The translations under genes and the position numbers were made by a program. A stretch of 64,000 nt of DNA from contig NGBS01000597.1 of NCBI GenBank assembly GCA_002245135.1, positions 1-64,000 on the forward strand. The letters run 5' to 3'. Below, one piece after another: positions 27,577-41,514 of this stretch; positions within the stretch are counted from its first letter, which is position 1, and each line of letters starts with the position of its first letter. The DNA comes from Proteromonas lacertae (Eukaryota). The notes beneath the pieces were generated by a model. The model searched no databases. It saw only the letters and a list, made by a program, of their open reading frames with translations, and was not told where the DNA came from.

Positions 27577-29732
27577 ATGTCAAATCGATGTTGTGTTAAT
27601 CTTTCAATCCCCAAAGAAGGGATAATCAATTACTATAGCAATAAAGGATTAAATGATGTGGTTTTTATAGTTGAAGAAGAAGAGATAAGTAGTTTTTCTT
27701 TCTTTCTGAAAGAGAAGAATTCTGTGTTGAAGAATATGATAGAAGATGAAAAGAGAGATGATAAAATTAAGACAGAAATAGTAAGTGTAGTTGGTTTCAC
27801 TAATTTGCTTAAATACTATGGTTATGGTTTAATAGAAATAACTGAAGGTAATATATTTGATATATTAATGGCTTGTGTGTGTTATAATGAAATGACACTA
27901 TTAGAAGAGTGTAAGAAGTACATAATAAAGAATAGCAATATAAAACTAATCCAAAGAATGTTTAATGAAATACCAATGAATGAATATGAACCATTAAGAG
28001 AAATGAAATATGGATTGAGTGATTATTTATGTATATATGGATGTGAGTTGTTTAAAAATGAGAATTTGAATGATAATAATATAGAATTATTGAAATATAT
28101 TTTATCATTGGATAATTTTGTAATAAAAAGTGAAGACTATTTATTCAATCAATTAAGGAAGATAGAGAATAGAAGTGAAGATGAAAAGAGTAAAATGACA
28201 GAATTATATAAAGAAATTAAAGTAGATGAATTAGAAGAAAAAGAAGAGAAAGAATTAAGAGAAATATTAAAAGAAAATAGAATAGAAGAATCAAATGAAA
28301 ATGAAAATATAAATCGATTGTATATAGATTCTGAACCAACTGACAATGAAGTATTCAATAAATGGTTTTATTTATATTGTTTAAAACATGAAACAAATAA
28401 CAGATTATTAGGAGAAAAAAGAGATTATCTATTTCAATTGAGTTTATTAGATTTACAACCATTAATTCCTCAATTATTAAATAATAAAACAATCTTAACA
28501 TTAAGTAACACAGTAGATCTAATCAATGATTTTAAACTAGAATATGTAAATGACTGTATTTATATAATATTATTATAATTAATGAATAGTAAAATTAATT
28601 TATCCTCCAATCCTTAAGTTAATTACATCAAAATACAGATTAATGAATAAGAAATTAAGAATATTGGAAGAAGAAGAAAAAAATGTAGAGGAAGAACTAG
28701 TAAAAGAAAATCAAGAAGAAAAACTTCCATCAGAAGAAGAACTTCCATCAGAAGAATCATCAACAGAAGAATCATCAACAGAATCTGAAGTAGTTGCAGA
28801 TAAAGAATTAGTAGAATTAAACCCATTAGAGAAAAAGATGAATTCAATAATTAAAGCAATGTTATTATTATGTAATAATAGTATATTATTTATTGAATTA
28901 TTTTTATAGTATATTTAATTCCTTTAATTCAATATGAGTGTGAAGACGAAAATGTTCTAACCAATATAAATAGATATATTAGAAAATATCACAAATTTTG
29001 TAATGGATTATTTGATTATTACAAAAATAATAATCAAAATCAGAAAAGTTTATCAACCAATGTAAAACCTCCAACATATTTTAAATATTCAAAAGATGAA
29101 TATAAAGTTTGTTTATTTCAATTACCTTTCATTATTAAAAGTGAATTTATTGGAGAAGGATGTGAATTTTCTATTGATGAACCATCAAGCATATACTGTG
29201 ATAGATTCTCAGGAGATTTAACCATAAAAAGAGTTATAAATGATACTTTTACTGTGACATGTAAAAATGAAGTTGGTTCAATATCAACGAAAGTAAGAAT
29301 AGTAGTATTTGATATTGGAGAAGGATATAAATCAAATAGATATATAGAATATAATCCGCAACTTCATAGTGTTGATTTTAATTATAATTGTTCAACAAAT
29401 GACTATTTTATATTCAATTTTTGCTTTTCAAAAGGTATATATCAAATAAAATGTTATTGTATGAATGTAAATATGTATAAAAGCATGTACAACAACACAA
29501 AATAAAGATGAAAATGTAAGAAAAAATACAATATATGATATAGTCTATGGTAGAAATGAAAATATTGATATTCTTTTTGACTTTAAAAACAAACAAATTG
29601 GTTGTAGAAAAGAAAATGAAAAAGAAATGAAGATTGTAGTGAAAAATATTGAAACTCCATTATATTTGATGATACAAAGTAATAATAGAAAATTCATATT
29701 TTGAAATAAGAGATATAATAGTTGATTATTAA
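27577..29732 (+). CDS. BTB/POZ(-BACK) protein with acidic coil, Ig-like segment and beta-rich C-terminal domain (copy 1)
   Basis: LNDVVFIVEEEEI..S.V.KNMI..FTNLLKYYGYG.IEITEGNIFDILMAC..Y....L.EECKKYI, then SEDYLF (BACK); apparent frameshift near 29480. Confidence 0.75.
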
Positions 29733-29863
29733 AAGAAATCCATTCTTTTTTCATATTTTTATTAAATGTAAAATAATGTCATAATTACATTGTCACAAAA
29801 AATACAAAAAATCATTTTTCTTTTGTTTTTAATTTCTCATCATTCTAAGAGTATTTGTGAATT

Positions 29864-30868
29864 ATGGATATTGAAAACTATTTTGATTGTGATAATAATT
29901 TAATTGAAGATAATAATTACCTTAATAACTTCCAGATGTGTTGTGAAGATCTTCTTCATGAACAGGAAAGCCATTATGGTAATTTATCTTCAGAAGATTA
30001 TTTCACAAATCAAAATGATGATATTGATACCTTCGCTCCAAGCTTAAACAACTCATTTACCCAATTTCCATCAAATACGGATGTATATAATATGGATGAT
30101 GAATTTGGATGATAATTTATTACCATTGAACAACATATGATCATCTAACTATTCCATCTTCACTCACAAATTCAGATAGTGTATATACTGTATATTCAAA
30201 CACTCCAATATCTTCAATGGAAGAAGATGATGGTGTAATGAATATTCGAACACCTTCAATGGTAGAAAATAATGAAATTTCTTCGATAGAAGAAGAAGAA
30301 TATGATGATAAAATGAATAAACATCAATATTTAATAGAAAGTAAAGAATTGAAAAGACCATCAATATTCCGAAAAGAAAACATGTCTTCATGATAATTTA
30401 CCTTGTTCAAATAATCAAAGTTTCTTATTCAATGTTTTATATCATATTTGTAAAAAGAATGGTTATTTATATGATTATAATGAAAAATACTTATTAAAAT
30501 ATAAGAATGAGATAAATGATGATAATCTTATTTATCCAGTTAATCCATATAATGTTAAAATGTTAAAAGAATTTGAAATGAGAAATAGAATTGGTATAAA
30601 CATCTTTGGAATGGAAGAAGAAGAAAGAATAAAAGTAATATATCAAACATGTTATTCATCTCATAATAATGATAATATAATGAATTTATTTTATTATGAG
30701 AAGAATGGAATTTGTCGATATTTCTATATAAAATACTTGAAAACAATAGTTGGAATGATGAATAATGACAATAATATGAAGAATAAACAAGTGTGTTTAA
30801 GTTGTATAAAAGTGTTTGATAGTGCTTTAAAATATCGAAAACATGTTGAAATGTGTAATTGTGTATAA
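29864..30868 (+). CDS. Acidic/Asn-rich protein with C-terminal C2HC zinc finger (copy 1, frameshifted)
   Basis: Paralogue of intact ORF 41515..42519; CLSC-x12-H-x3-C; indels at ~30110, ~30137 and ~30376. Confidence 0.6.
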
Positions 30869-31180
30869 ATAATATAAGCTATTAATTACTATATACCCTT
30901 ATTGATATATTTAATTGTTTAAATATGATAATCTACATTCTTATGTGATTATAAAATCCATTCATTTATAGTCTTTTTGGCTATATATCACACACTTAGT
31001 TCAAAATATACATAAATAACAATATTTCATTAATAATTAAGATATAGAAAAAGAGTATTGAATACATCACTTTGCTCATATCATTATGATTATATCTATC
31101 TTCTTTAATGATTTATAAACAAAAACAATATGAAACGACTATATATTTTGAAACATCAAACAAGTTTGAAATTTGTTTTG

Positions 31181-32580
31181 ATGAATTTTGCTTTGAATGA
31201 TGTGTTATCCACAATATTACCTTCTGATACTAAAGTATTTATATGACTATTATGAAATAGATAAAAAGAAAACTCGAGAAGGGTGTTAATGAAGTAGAAT
31301 TGGTAATACAAAATGAAAATGATATTAAAATGGTGATAGTGATTAATGTTGCTGAAATAAAAGAGAATAAACTATTAATATTTTGTGAGAATGAAGTGTT
31401 GTTGTTTGATAGTTCCTTACCCTTCATCTATTCTTCTAAAGTATTTCATGTGAATAATTATAGTCAATCAATGTTGATATTAAGAGAATATTATGATAGA
31501 GACTTGAAAGAGATAATCCAGAATAACTCACTTTCAAAAAGTAGTATATGTGGTATGATATATTCTATATGTAATATGCTGATGATATTGAGTGAATATG
31601 ATTTAATGGTTGATGATTTGAAAAGTAGTAACATAATATATGAAAAAGATGGTGAAGTTAAAGATTTGTGATTTATTTTTGAATGTATTGAGAAAAGAAG
31701 ATGAAGTAATGATGTTATATGATATAAGTTTCAAAACTGCAGAAGAGTTGAATGGATATGGATGTAATGAAAAAAGTATGATTTGGTGTTTAGGTTGTAT
31801 ATTATATGAAATGATTTATAAGAAATTCCCATTTAATATGTTTAAAGTGAAAGAGAATATCTTGAAATGTAAAATCATTTTTGATATAGAATGTGATGAT
31901 GTGATGAAAAAAATGATAAATAGAATGTTAAAAGTGAAAAGTGAAGATAGGATGAATTTGAAAGAGTTGAAAAAAGAGATGATAAAAATGAGTGAAATAT
32001 TGAAAGATAAAGAGAATAATTTGATGATATGTGATGAAAGAAAAGGAATACTATTCAATAATGACTATATAATTTTAAAATTACCTATTATATTTCCATT
32101 AGAATATTATTTAGAAAGTGATAAATGGAAAGAAATTAGAGATAGATGGATAGAGTCATATAACAACACATCAAATGACTTAATACTCTCAATGTTATTG
32201 ACGAAATTATATAAAAGAGATAATAAAATAAGAAATAAAATGAAATTTCAAATTCCTCACTTCCATAAAGAAAGTAAAGATTGTTATTTAGATGAAATGA
32301 TGTTTGACATTGAAACGGATAAATATGATGAATTATTGATTAAAATATAAGTGGATAGTGTATGTAATTGTGAAGAAGGAATGGATTATATCTTCAAATG
32401 ATTGAAATTAATCAATATAAAGAAACTCAGGTTTTGTATACTTATAATGATTCTATTTATACAGGCAATATAAACATCTATGGAATATCAATCACATTAA
32501 AAGAAAATATAAATAAATCAGAATTGAAGTTATTTTTAGAAAAATTCTCATCAATTAAAAGAAGTAAAAAAAGGAAGTAA
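31181..32580 (+). CDS. Pseudokinase (copy 1) lacking the LRR array; possibly a pseudogene
   Basis: Identical to copy 2 up to DEMMF (32305); VDDLKSSN, KICDLF, IWCLGCILYEM; intron 31235-31260; frameshifts at ~31655 and ~32350-32400. Confidence 0.6.
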
Positions 32581-32709
32581 TAAAATATTATATAATTTAA
32601 TAATATTTATTAATTACTTTTTTCTTTTTCTTTCCAAACAATAACAAAAAACAGTTTAATAAAGAATATTATAATATTATTATTTAAAAAAAGCAAAATC
32701 CATTAACAA

Positions 32710-34788
32710 TTAATGTGCACCTTTAATCAATTGATGTAAAACATCTCTAGCATACTTTAATCTCTTAGCAACATTTGGTTTATCGCCTTGCATCATCTCT
32801 GATAGTAATCCAGTTGTTCTTGAACCATTCTTATCCATATATGAAACTACTCTAGCTTCATTCGATAGCACCAATTCAGTTTTATCAAAAAATGAGATTT
32901 GAACAGATCTATTACTCAATCTGAATAATACAGCATGTCTTGTCTTAATCCATTTCTTTACATAAATCATATTCTCATTAACACTTCCTTTATTCCAAGC
33001 TGCATCTTCTTCAGCACAATTACGATTATTCTTTTCTCTTTGTTCTAATAAATAACCTTTAAAGTGATTTAATAGAGTTACTTTCTTTTTCAACTGTTCA
33101 GGATATTTAGATATTTGTTCTCTGATTGTAACTGGTGGTAGTTTGGGATAATGGGATGTATGTACTCTTTCAATGTATTCAAACCATTCTCCATTACTTT
33201 CTAATATTATCTTTGTACCATCATTGAAATACATACCTATGCTTCCATCGCACATTAAATATCCTAGTCCATATTTATTAGAATAATCTACATAATGAGT
33301 AACCCAAACTGGACTTGGTATATAATCATTGGCAGTTAAATCATGCTGTACTTTACCTGTAGCTAAACTTTGATCTAATAGATTGTGCATTTCTTCTAAT
33401 GTATCTCTCTTTGCTGTTGGTGCAATATTACCTGTAGTAGTAGCTGTTGTTACACCTGTAGCAGATGATATAGTTTGTAGTTTATCTGTCTTTGTTGGTA
33501 TTGTTTCACATATTGGAGGTGATTCTCTTTCTTCAATTTTTACATCATATACTTCCATTATCCCTCCATTATTGTTGTTTGAATTAGGTAATACTGGAAC
33601 TGCTGCAGCTGTTGCTGATGATGATGGTGCTGGTAGTGGTGGTTGTAATGGTTTGGATGTTGGTATAGATGGTGGTGCAATTGGATCAATATGTCCAGTT
33701 ACTTTCTTTAAATTCATAGTACCAGATGATAAAGCAGGTGATATTTCATTACCGTTTATTGGTAATGAAATATGAGGAGTTGTTGAATAAATTGGATTAT
33801 TCATACAAGTCTTTTCTTTTTCATATTCTTCTGTAACTGCAAAGAATGGACTTTCTAATATATCATCTAAATGAGGTCTTGCTTCAGGAACTGTATGTAG
33901 TATCAATCTGACTAAAGTCTTAGATTTCTCACTGATTGGTATAGAATCAGGAAAGGTATAAACATTAGCTCTAATTCTTCTATATGTTGTTTTTATATCT
34001 TTAGTTTCAAAGGGTGGATGTCCTACTAACATAGTATATAAGATCACTCCTAATGACCAAACGTCAGCTTCATAGGAATGACCATTGCTTGATGATAGTA
34101 CCTCTGGAGCTATATAATTTGGAGTACCACATATTGTTCGCTTTCTTTCAGAGGGATATGATAATTTTGCTGCTAAACCAAAATCACCAAGTTTTAACTA
34201 TATTTATTATAATAGAATAAAATATATACATCCCAATTTTTATCTAAAAATAAATTGCCTAACTTTAAGTCACGATGAATGATTTGATTACAATGTAAAT
34301 ACTTTAATGCACTTATTAATTGTGTCATGTATTTTCTTGTTTTAGTTTCAGAAAAGTGTTTTTCTCTTTTTAACATTTCCATTAGAGTTTGGTTTGGACA
34401 TAACTCCATAATTATATATACAGCTTTTGCATCCTCGAACTGGTGTTTGAATTGCACAATGTAAGGGTGTTTCAAACTTTTGTGGATTGATATTTCCATT
34501 AATAACTATAATAGAGTAGATAAATTTAAATACCTTTTCTTTTGCTCTTGGTTTCCTTAATGAGCTATGTTCTATCACTTTTGAAGCATATATTTTATTT
34601 GTATCAAGATTTTTTACTACATAGCACTTGGCAAAGCCACCCTATAACAATAAACCATCAAGTATTCATACTTTACCAAGCATTATACCACGTAAGTATT
34701 TTCTGGTTATTACAGCACCATTCTTAGCTGTAATCTTCTCTTCTATAGAATCTATGTTTTCTTTTGGGAAATATTCAACTAATGACAT
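32710..34788 (-). CDS. PLK1: Polo-like kinase
   Basis: LGK|GGFAKCY, HRDLKLGNLFL, GDFGLA, TICGTPNYIAPEVL, GHSYEADVWS; polo boxes WVTHYVDYSNKYGLGY..FNDGT, KKVTLLNHF, YVKKW.KTRHAVLFRLSN. Confidence 0.97.
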
Positions 34789-36172
34789 CTTATAAATGAT
34801 TTAATATTTGAATTTGAATTTTGAAAAAAAACAACAGTTTGGATTTTTTGAATTTATTTTAACGATATTTTCTTCTTTTCAAATATTTGACTATAATAAT
34901 TGATTTTCAAGTATCTTAAAACCATATTATTCATATACTAGTGAAGATAAATGAATTTTATCATAGATAATCAGAATGAAAGCATATATACTATATTCAT
35001 ATGCATTCCACTTTGAAACATCATAAACTTTTAGTGTGAATAGATTTCAGGTAATTTTATTTATTACAGTCTATAAATACAAAATAGAATTTTTATTATA
35101 TAGATTTATGGAATTATGTTAATTGAAACGAGTAGATGTGTTTATGATTGATTGTAATAAGTAAAAATTAAAGGTAAAAAATAAGTTATGGATTATTATC
35201 GAAATAAAATAACTAATGTGTGCCATTCTTTTATTTTGCAAGGACTAAATAAATGAAAATGTAGTAAACATATAAATTCTGTTGTAAGACTTGATAAAAC
35301 TTACTTCTACAAACTAAATCATATTTTGATTTGAAATAGTGATTAAATAAACTAACATAAAGAATTATCTGTTTTATTTAATCATGTATTTATTTGTGTG
35401 ATATTGTGTACACTTCGTAGTTCTTTTATATCCTTCAATTGAGAATGAAAGCTATTCTATCTTTCAATTAAATACTTTCTAAGCTGCTTTACACAATATA
35501 AATGTATAGACTACTTATATAAGAAGGATAAGTATATTTACATAAAAGATCTCAAAATCATTTCAATTGTATTTCAAACTTCTAGTAAAGCAAATATATG
35601 CATTTTTTACTGGCATTAAAATACTAAATGCTTTTAAATCCTCCAATATAAAATAATAATTTGTCATTGTCAATTATAACTAAAATGTTCGTTTCAATAA
35701 TCATTTTCAACTCTTTTATACATCTGACTGAATAAATTATTTGTAATATAGATGCTAATTAATCTTATAAAAGTAATATATGTAATTTCCTTAGACATTT
35801 ACTTATTTGTTAATTAGATAGCCTAGTGCAACTCTTTTCTGAAAAACATTTACCATTTCATCCAAAAAATAATTCTAAAGAGCCAAGTTATGGCTATGAT
35901 ACTTATAAAATAATACTTTAGTAACATTGATTATTAATCTATGATTCATATCTGTAATCTGAACTTCTATATTTTTATCATTGTTTGTACATTATAAAAT
36001 AGAAATAAGTAATAAATCTATCCAGAAAATCGAAAAATTTCTTATCATGAAACGATCATATTTTTAATGATAATTTTGTGAAGCAAAGAGTATAGATTGA
36101 TAAAAATGATAAATTCTTCATTATATGATTGATTATAACAACTAAAAAACATATAGCCAAAAAATATAACAA

Positions 36173-37847
36173 TTACATTTCATTCTTTAATAACTCTTTA
36201 TTACTCACATCAATTATTGTTGAACCATATTCCATCTTATCATCAATCTTATTAAAACTTGCTTTTGACTGTCTTGTAGATTCTGTTCTTTCTGGTCCAA
36301 AGATTTCTTTTCTCCAATCATATGTTCTATATAAGAAAATTACAATACAACCGCTAACAAGCGCAAATCCAGATACAATTCTATTGAAATAGCAAAAATA
36401 AAAATATACATAACAAGACCATGCAATCCAATCTTCTTCATTAAAATACTTGATAAAAATGAACCTAAATTACTTGAAATGACTATTTAGAATGAAAATT
36501 AAAATAATAATTCTAATTATACTTTGTGATGTTAAAACTAAACCATATAATAAACCGAAATTCCTTTGTCCAAATCCACTAGCTACTTCAGTTGGAATTA
36601 ATGCATAATTACCACCAATGCAAAAGTAAATTGCACTTACCTAATTATATTATAAATTATAAAAATAATATACATAAATCATATATAACCAAGTAACTCT
36701 AACATAATAAAAAGTAAATTGTAAAACACACATTGATAATACAATTATAGCCATCACTACTCTAAATCCTAATCGATCAGCAACATTTCCCCAAAATGGT
36801 CTTGCTAATGCATTACATATTGAAGATATAGAACCAGCCCATGCTAATAAACTATCATTATGAGTGACTCTTCGCATTCCCATTTCCTATTAAATAATAA
36901 TAATATTAATACTTTCCAAAATGAAGATGTTAATGTTACAGCAATACTATTACAAAATGCAATACACCATAAACAGTAGAATTGTTTTGTTTTTAATGTT
37001 TCTTTTAAAGTTAAACCGTGATCTACTTCTTCATGAGTAAACTCTGATTGTTGTATTTCTATTTCTGTTGATTTCCTTTCTTCTTCCATTATTTCTTCTT
37101 GAGTTTTTTCTCTTGGATTTCGAAGTAATAATGCACCTATTAATTGAATTGCTGCATAGGAGAACCCTAAGATGTAGAAACACTTTGGCACGTTTTGGAC
37201 ATGATCTGATGGATAGTATGTATCCTACAAATATATATAAAACATAAAATATATACACCATCAGGTAAAATGTAATTATCAGGATTTACTATATATGTGA
37301 TTAATGGGTTAAATATAAATGCACCTAAACCATAACCTGATAGAATTAACCCATTTATTAATCCTTTATGATTTGGGAAGTACCTCATTCCAACAGCCAT
37401 TGACACACCATAGGCTAAACCACTACCCATACCATTTAATATTCCATAAGTAAATAATACAACATAGTAATTCTTGCAGGAGTATGCAGTCCAAAGAGAA
37501 CTTAAACTAAATAACCATCCTCCTAATAAACTAGTAAACACTGGTCCCATCTGACTTTCAACTAATCCACCAATCCATACTGAACAGGACTACAATAATA
37601 AATATAAATACGTGTGCAGAAACTTGAAATGAGAACACATAGGGAGCAAGATCAATTGAAATGTTCTATTCATATTATTAAATGCAAAACTTACAGGATC
37701 AGGTCCATATATTCTCATATAAGAGAATAAGTAATTATCGATATTACCGTATGTATAAACTGTACCTAAGGTAAGCTGCAATAATATTCCTCCAAAAACT
37801 GCAAATATACCCCTCCAAGGCAAGTCCGATAACCAATTCTGTTTCAT
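36173..37847 (-). CDS. MFS transporter, oxalate/formate antiporter (OFA/OxlT-like) family
   Basis: LTLGTVYTYG, YGILNGMGSGLAY, RYFPNHKGLINGLILSGYGLGAFIF, ETLKTKQFY.LW, NALARPFWGNVADRLG, GGNYALIP..FG..NFG..YG; about 6 introns. Confidence 0.88.
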
Positions 37848-37987
37848 TTTATAAAAAAGGTAAATTACATAAAAATTTACATTTTGACAATACCATAAAA
37901 AAGAATATGATAATCAATAATCTTAAAAAGTAATTAGCAGTATTATACTACTATCAGCTATTGCAATTATAATTCTTTTATTTCTTA

Positions 37988-40900
37988 TTAATTTAGTTTA
38001 ATTACAACATTAGTTAAAAATGTGTCTAAAAATGATTGTAATTCTGATTTATCTATATTTTCTTTTACTGTTATAGATAATTCATCTAAACAATCAAATA
38101 CTTCTATATTATCTTTCATAATTCTCATCTAATTGATTTCCTGATAGATTTATTCTTCTTAATGGTTTATAATTTTTCAATCTTTCAATCAATATATTTA
38201 GTCCCTTTTCACTTATTTCAATATCTATTCATTTTATAAACGAATATAAATACTTGACAGATTTAATGATGATGGGTAATAATTAACGAATTTGTCTAAG
38301 TATTTACATACTATCTCTATTCCTTCATTTCCAATTGGATTATTAAATATAGAAATATGAAGATATTTATTACATGGCAAAGAATCTGTTAATTCATTTA
38401 ATCCTTTTGAAGTGATATTGTTTTTCGATAAATTAAGTTTTTCATAACCAATCTACTTTATTAATGAAATGTGACAGTCTTTAATATTCATATCTATTTC
38501 ATTAGAAATTGGTGATATATACTTAAAAAATCAAAATTATAATCATATTTTATCTTTTTAATACAATAATTGAAATAATATTCCAATTCTTCATTTGTCC
38601 ATGATGAATTATTCATTTGTATAAATGGTTTTTTCCAACTTTTTAATGATTTCGAACAAATTGATTTTAATCCATTCAGTCTTATATTATTTCCATTTAA
38701 ATTAATTCTCCTATACCTTTTAATCCTATGCAGTCTATCTGCTATCAACATTACACTTTTATCATCTATTGAATTATTACTCAAATTCATTTCATGATTA
38801 TGTATAAAAACATTTATATCACAATTATCTAACAATAATCTAAATCCATCATTTCCAATCGGATTATCTATTAAATATATCAAATAAAACACAACAATAT
38901 ACCATGAATTAAAACATTCTTTATATTATCATATTTTTTTATACAGTCAATCACATATTCTATTCCATTTGAATCAATATTATTATCACTTATGTTAAGC
39001 ATAATCTTTTTATGGTTATTCTTTATACCGTCCAATAAATATTTTAATCCAATTGAAGATAATCCCATCTCTATTATATTATAACAATAATTATTATACT
39101 AGAACAATTCATTCCATCATATGGTTCTAATAAATGCAAATGTGGTGATAATAATTTCATTCCTTCATCTCCTATCTCATTTCCATTTAATATTATGTAT
39201 TTAAGATTTGAGAATGATGATAAATTGTCAATCAGTATTTCTACACTATTTTTAGTAAGTTTATTATCTGAATAATATTATAATATCATATTATACTACT
39301 CAAATCTAACTGGATTATATCTCCAAATTCATTTCTTCTTAAAGTAATGAAGGATTTGAATATATCATCATCAATTTCTGAATTACTCAGATTTAGAAAT
39401 TTGATTGTATTAACTAATTCTGGAATGTCTTTATCTATTAATAATTCTTTACTTCCATTAATATCAAATTCTGTTTTTGATATAGGAAATTTGGAGAATA
39501 AGGCTTTTAATCCATTTGAATGAATATCTATATTTTCTGTTACAAATATTCTCTTAAGGTTTGGATATTTATATAATTCTTCTGATAACAATATCATTGA
39601 TTCATTATTTAAATTCATACCACATAATATCAATATATTATCTTTATTTATTAATAAATCCAAATATGGAAGTAATAATTTGAATGCTTGTGGACCAATT
39701 GGATTATCTATGTAAAATAAGAAAAATAGAATAATAAATACATTCAAGATTTACATATTTTAATTTCATGAATGAAATTGATTTAACAAATAATTCTATG
39801 AAACGAAAAGTAATTCTACAGATGTGAAGATCCAAATGTAGTAGATTTGTTAATTGAGAAAAGAATGATCCAAATAGAGATTGATACCTAATTGGAATAT
39901 AAATATTATAATTATCATCTAAACAAATAAAATTGATAAGATCTATACTAAAATAAAGTACTGATGGGTTCATCAATTTCAATATTCTAAAGAAATATCT
40001 GATCCCTTCTTCACACAAACATAAACAGTCTGAATTGACAATTATTGATTCACTATTATAATATGATGTGTAAGTATTAAACATCATTTCATCTAAATAA
40101 CAATCTTTACTTTCTTTATGGAAGTGAGGAATTTGAAATTTCATTTTATTTCTTATTTTATTATCTCTTTTATATAATTTCTTCAATAACATTGAGAGTA
40201 TTAAGTCATTTGATGTGTTGTTATATGACTCTATCCATCTATCTCTAATTTCTTTCCATTTATCACTTTCTAAATAATATTCTAATGGAAATATAATAGG
40301 TAATTTTAAAATTATATAGTCATTATTGAATAGTATTCCTTTTCTTTCATCACATATCATCAAATTATTCTCTTTATCTTTCAATATTTCACTCATTTTT
40401 ATCATCTCTTTTTTCAACTCTTTCAAATTCATCCTATCTTCACTTTTCACTTTTAACATTCTATTTATCATTTTTTTCATCACATCATCACATTCTATAT
40501 CAAAAATGATTTTACATTTCAAGATATTCTCTTTCACTTTAAACATATTAAATGGGAATTTCTTATAAATCATTTCATATAATATACAACCTAAACACCA
40601 AATCATACTTTTTTCATTACATCCATATCCATTCAACTCTTCTGCAGTTTTGAAACTTATATCATATAACATCATTACTTCATCTTCTTTTCTCAATACA
40701 TTCAAAAATAAATCACAAATCTTTAACTTACCATCTTTTTCATATATTATGTTACTACTTTTCAAATCATCAACCATTAAATCATATTCACTCAATATCA
40801 TCAGCATATTACATATAGAATATATCATACCACATATACTACTTTTTGAAAGTGAGTTATTCTGGATTATCTCTTTCAAGTCTCTATCATAATATTCTCT

Positions 40901-41202
40901 TAATATCAACATTGATTGACTATAATTATTCACATGAAATACTTTAGAAGAATAGATGAAGGGTAAGGAACTATCAAACAACAACACTTCATTCTCACAA
41001 AATATTAATAGTTTATTCTCTTTTATTTCAGCAACATTAATCACTTTCACCATTTTAATATCATTTTCATTTTGTATTACCAATTCTACTTCATTAACAC
41101 CCTTCTCGAGTTTTCTTTTTATCTATTTCATAATAGTCATATAAATACTTTAGTATCAGAAGGTAATATTGTGGATAACACATCATTCAAAGCAAAATTC
41201 AT
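37988..41202 (-). CDS. Pseudokinase fused to ribonuclease-inhibitor-like LRR array (copy 2)
   Basis: Kinase fold with degenerate catalytic motifs, followed by exons with NPIG..G, NNIDSNG, LSNNSIDD and LNGNNI LRR motifs. Confidence 0.78.
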
Positions 41203-41514
41203 CAAAACAAATTTCAAACTTGTTTGATGTTTCAAAATATATAGTCGTTTCATATTGTTTTTGTTTATAAATCATTAAAGAAGATAGATATAATCATAAT
41301 GATATGAGCAAAGTGATGTATTCAATACTCTTTTTCTATATCTTAATTATTAATGAAATATTGTTATTTATGTATATTTTGAACTAAGTGTGTGATATAT
41401 AGCCAAAAAGACTATAAATGAATGGATTTTATAATCACATAAGAATGTAGATTATCATATTTAAACAATTAAATATATCAATAAGGGTATATAGTAATTA
41501 ATAGCTTATATTAT

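Larger units (their letters stand above)
27524..32305 (+). repeat. Left arm of about 4.8 kb inverted segmental duplication (partner 40079..44836)
   Basis: Near-identical to the reverse complement of 40079-44836, including intergenic DNA and introns. Confidence 0.95.

Noticed and set aside
34805..34830. CHR-like TTTGAA repeats upstream of PLK
   Set aside because: The hexamer is too frequent in this AT-rich DNA to support.
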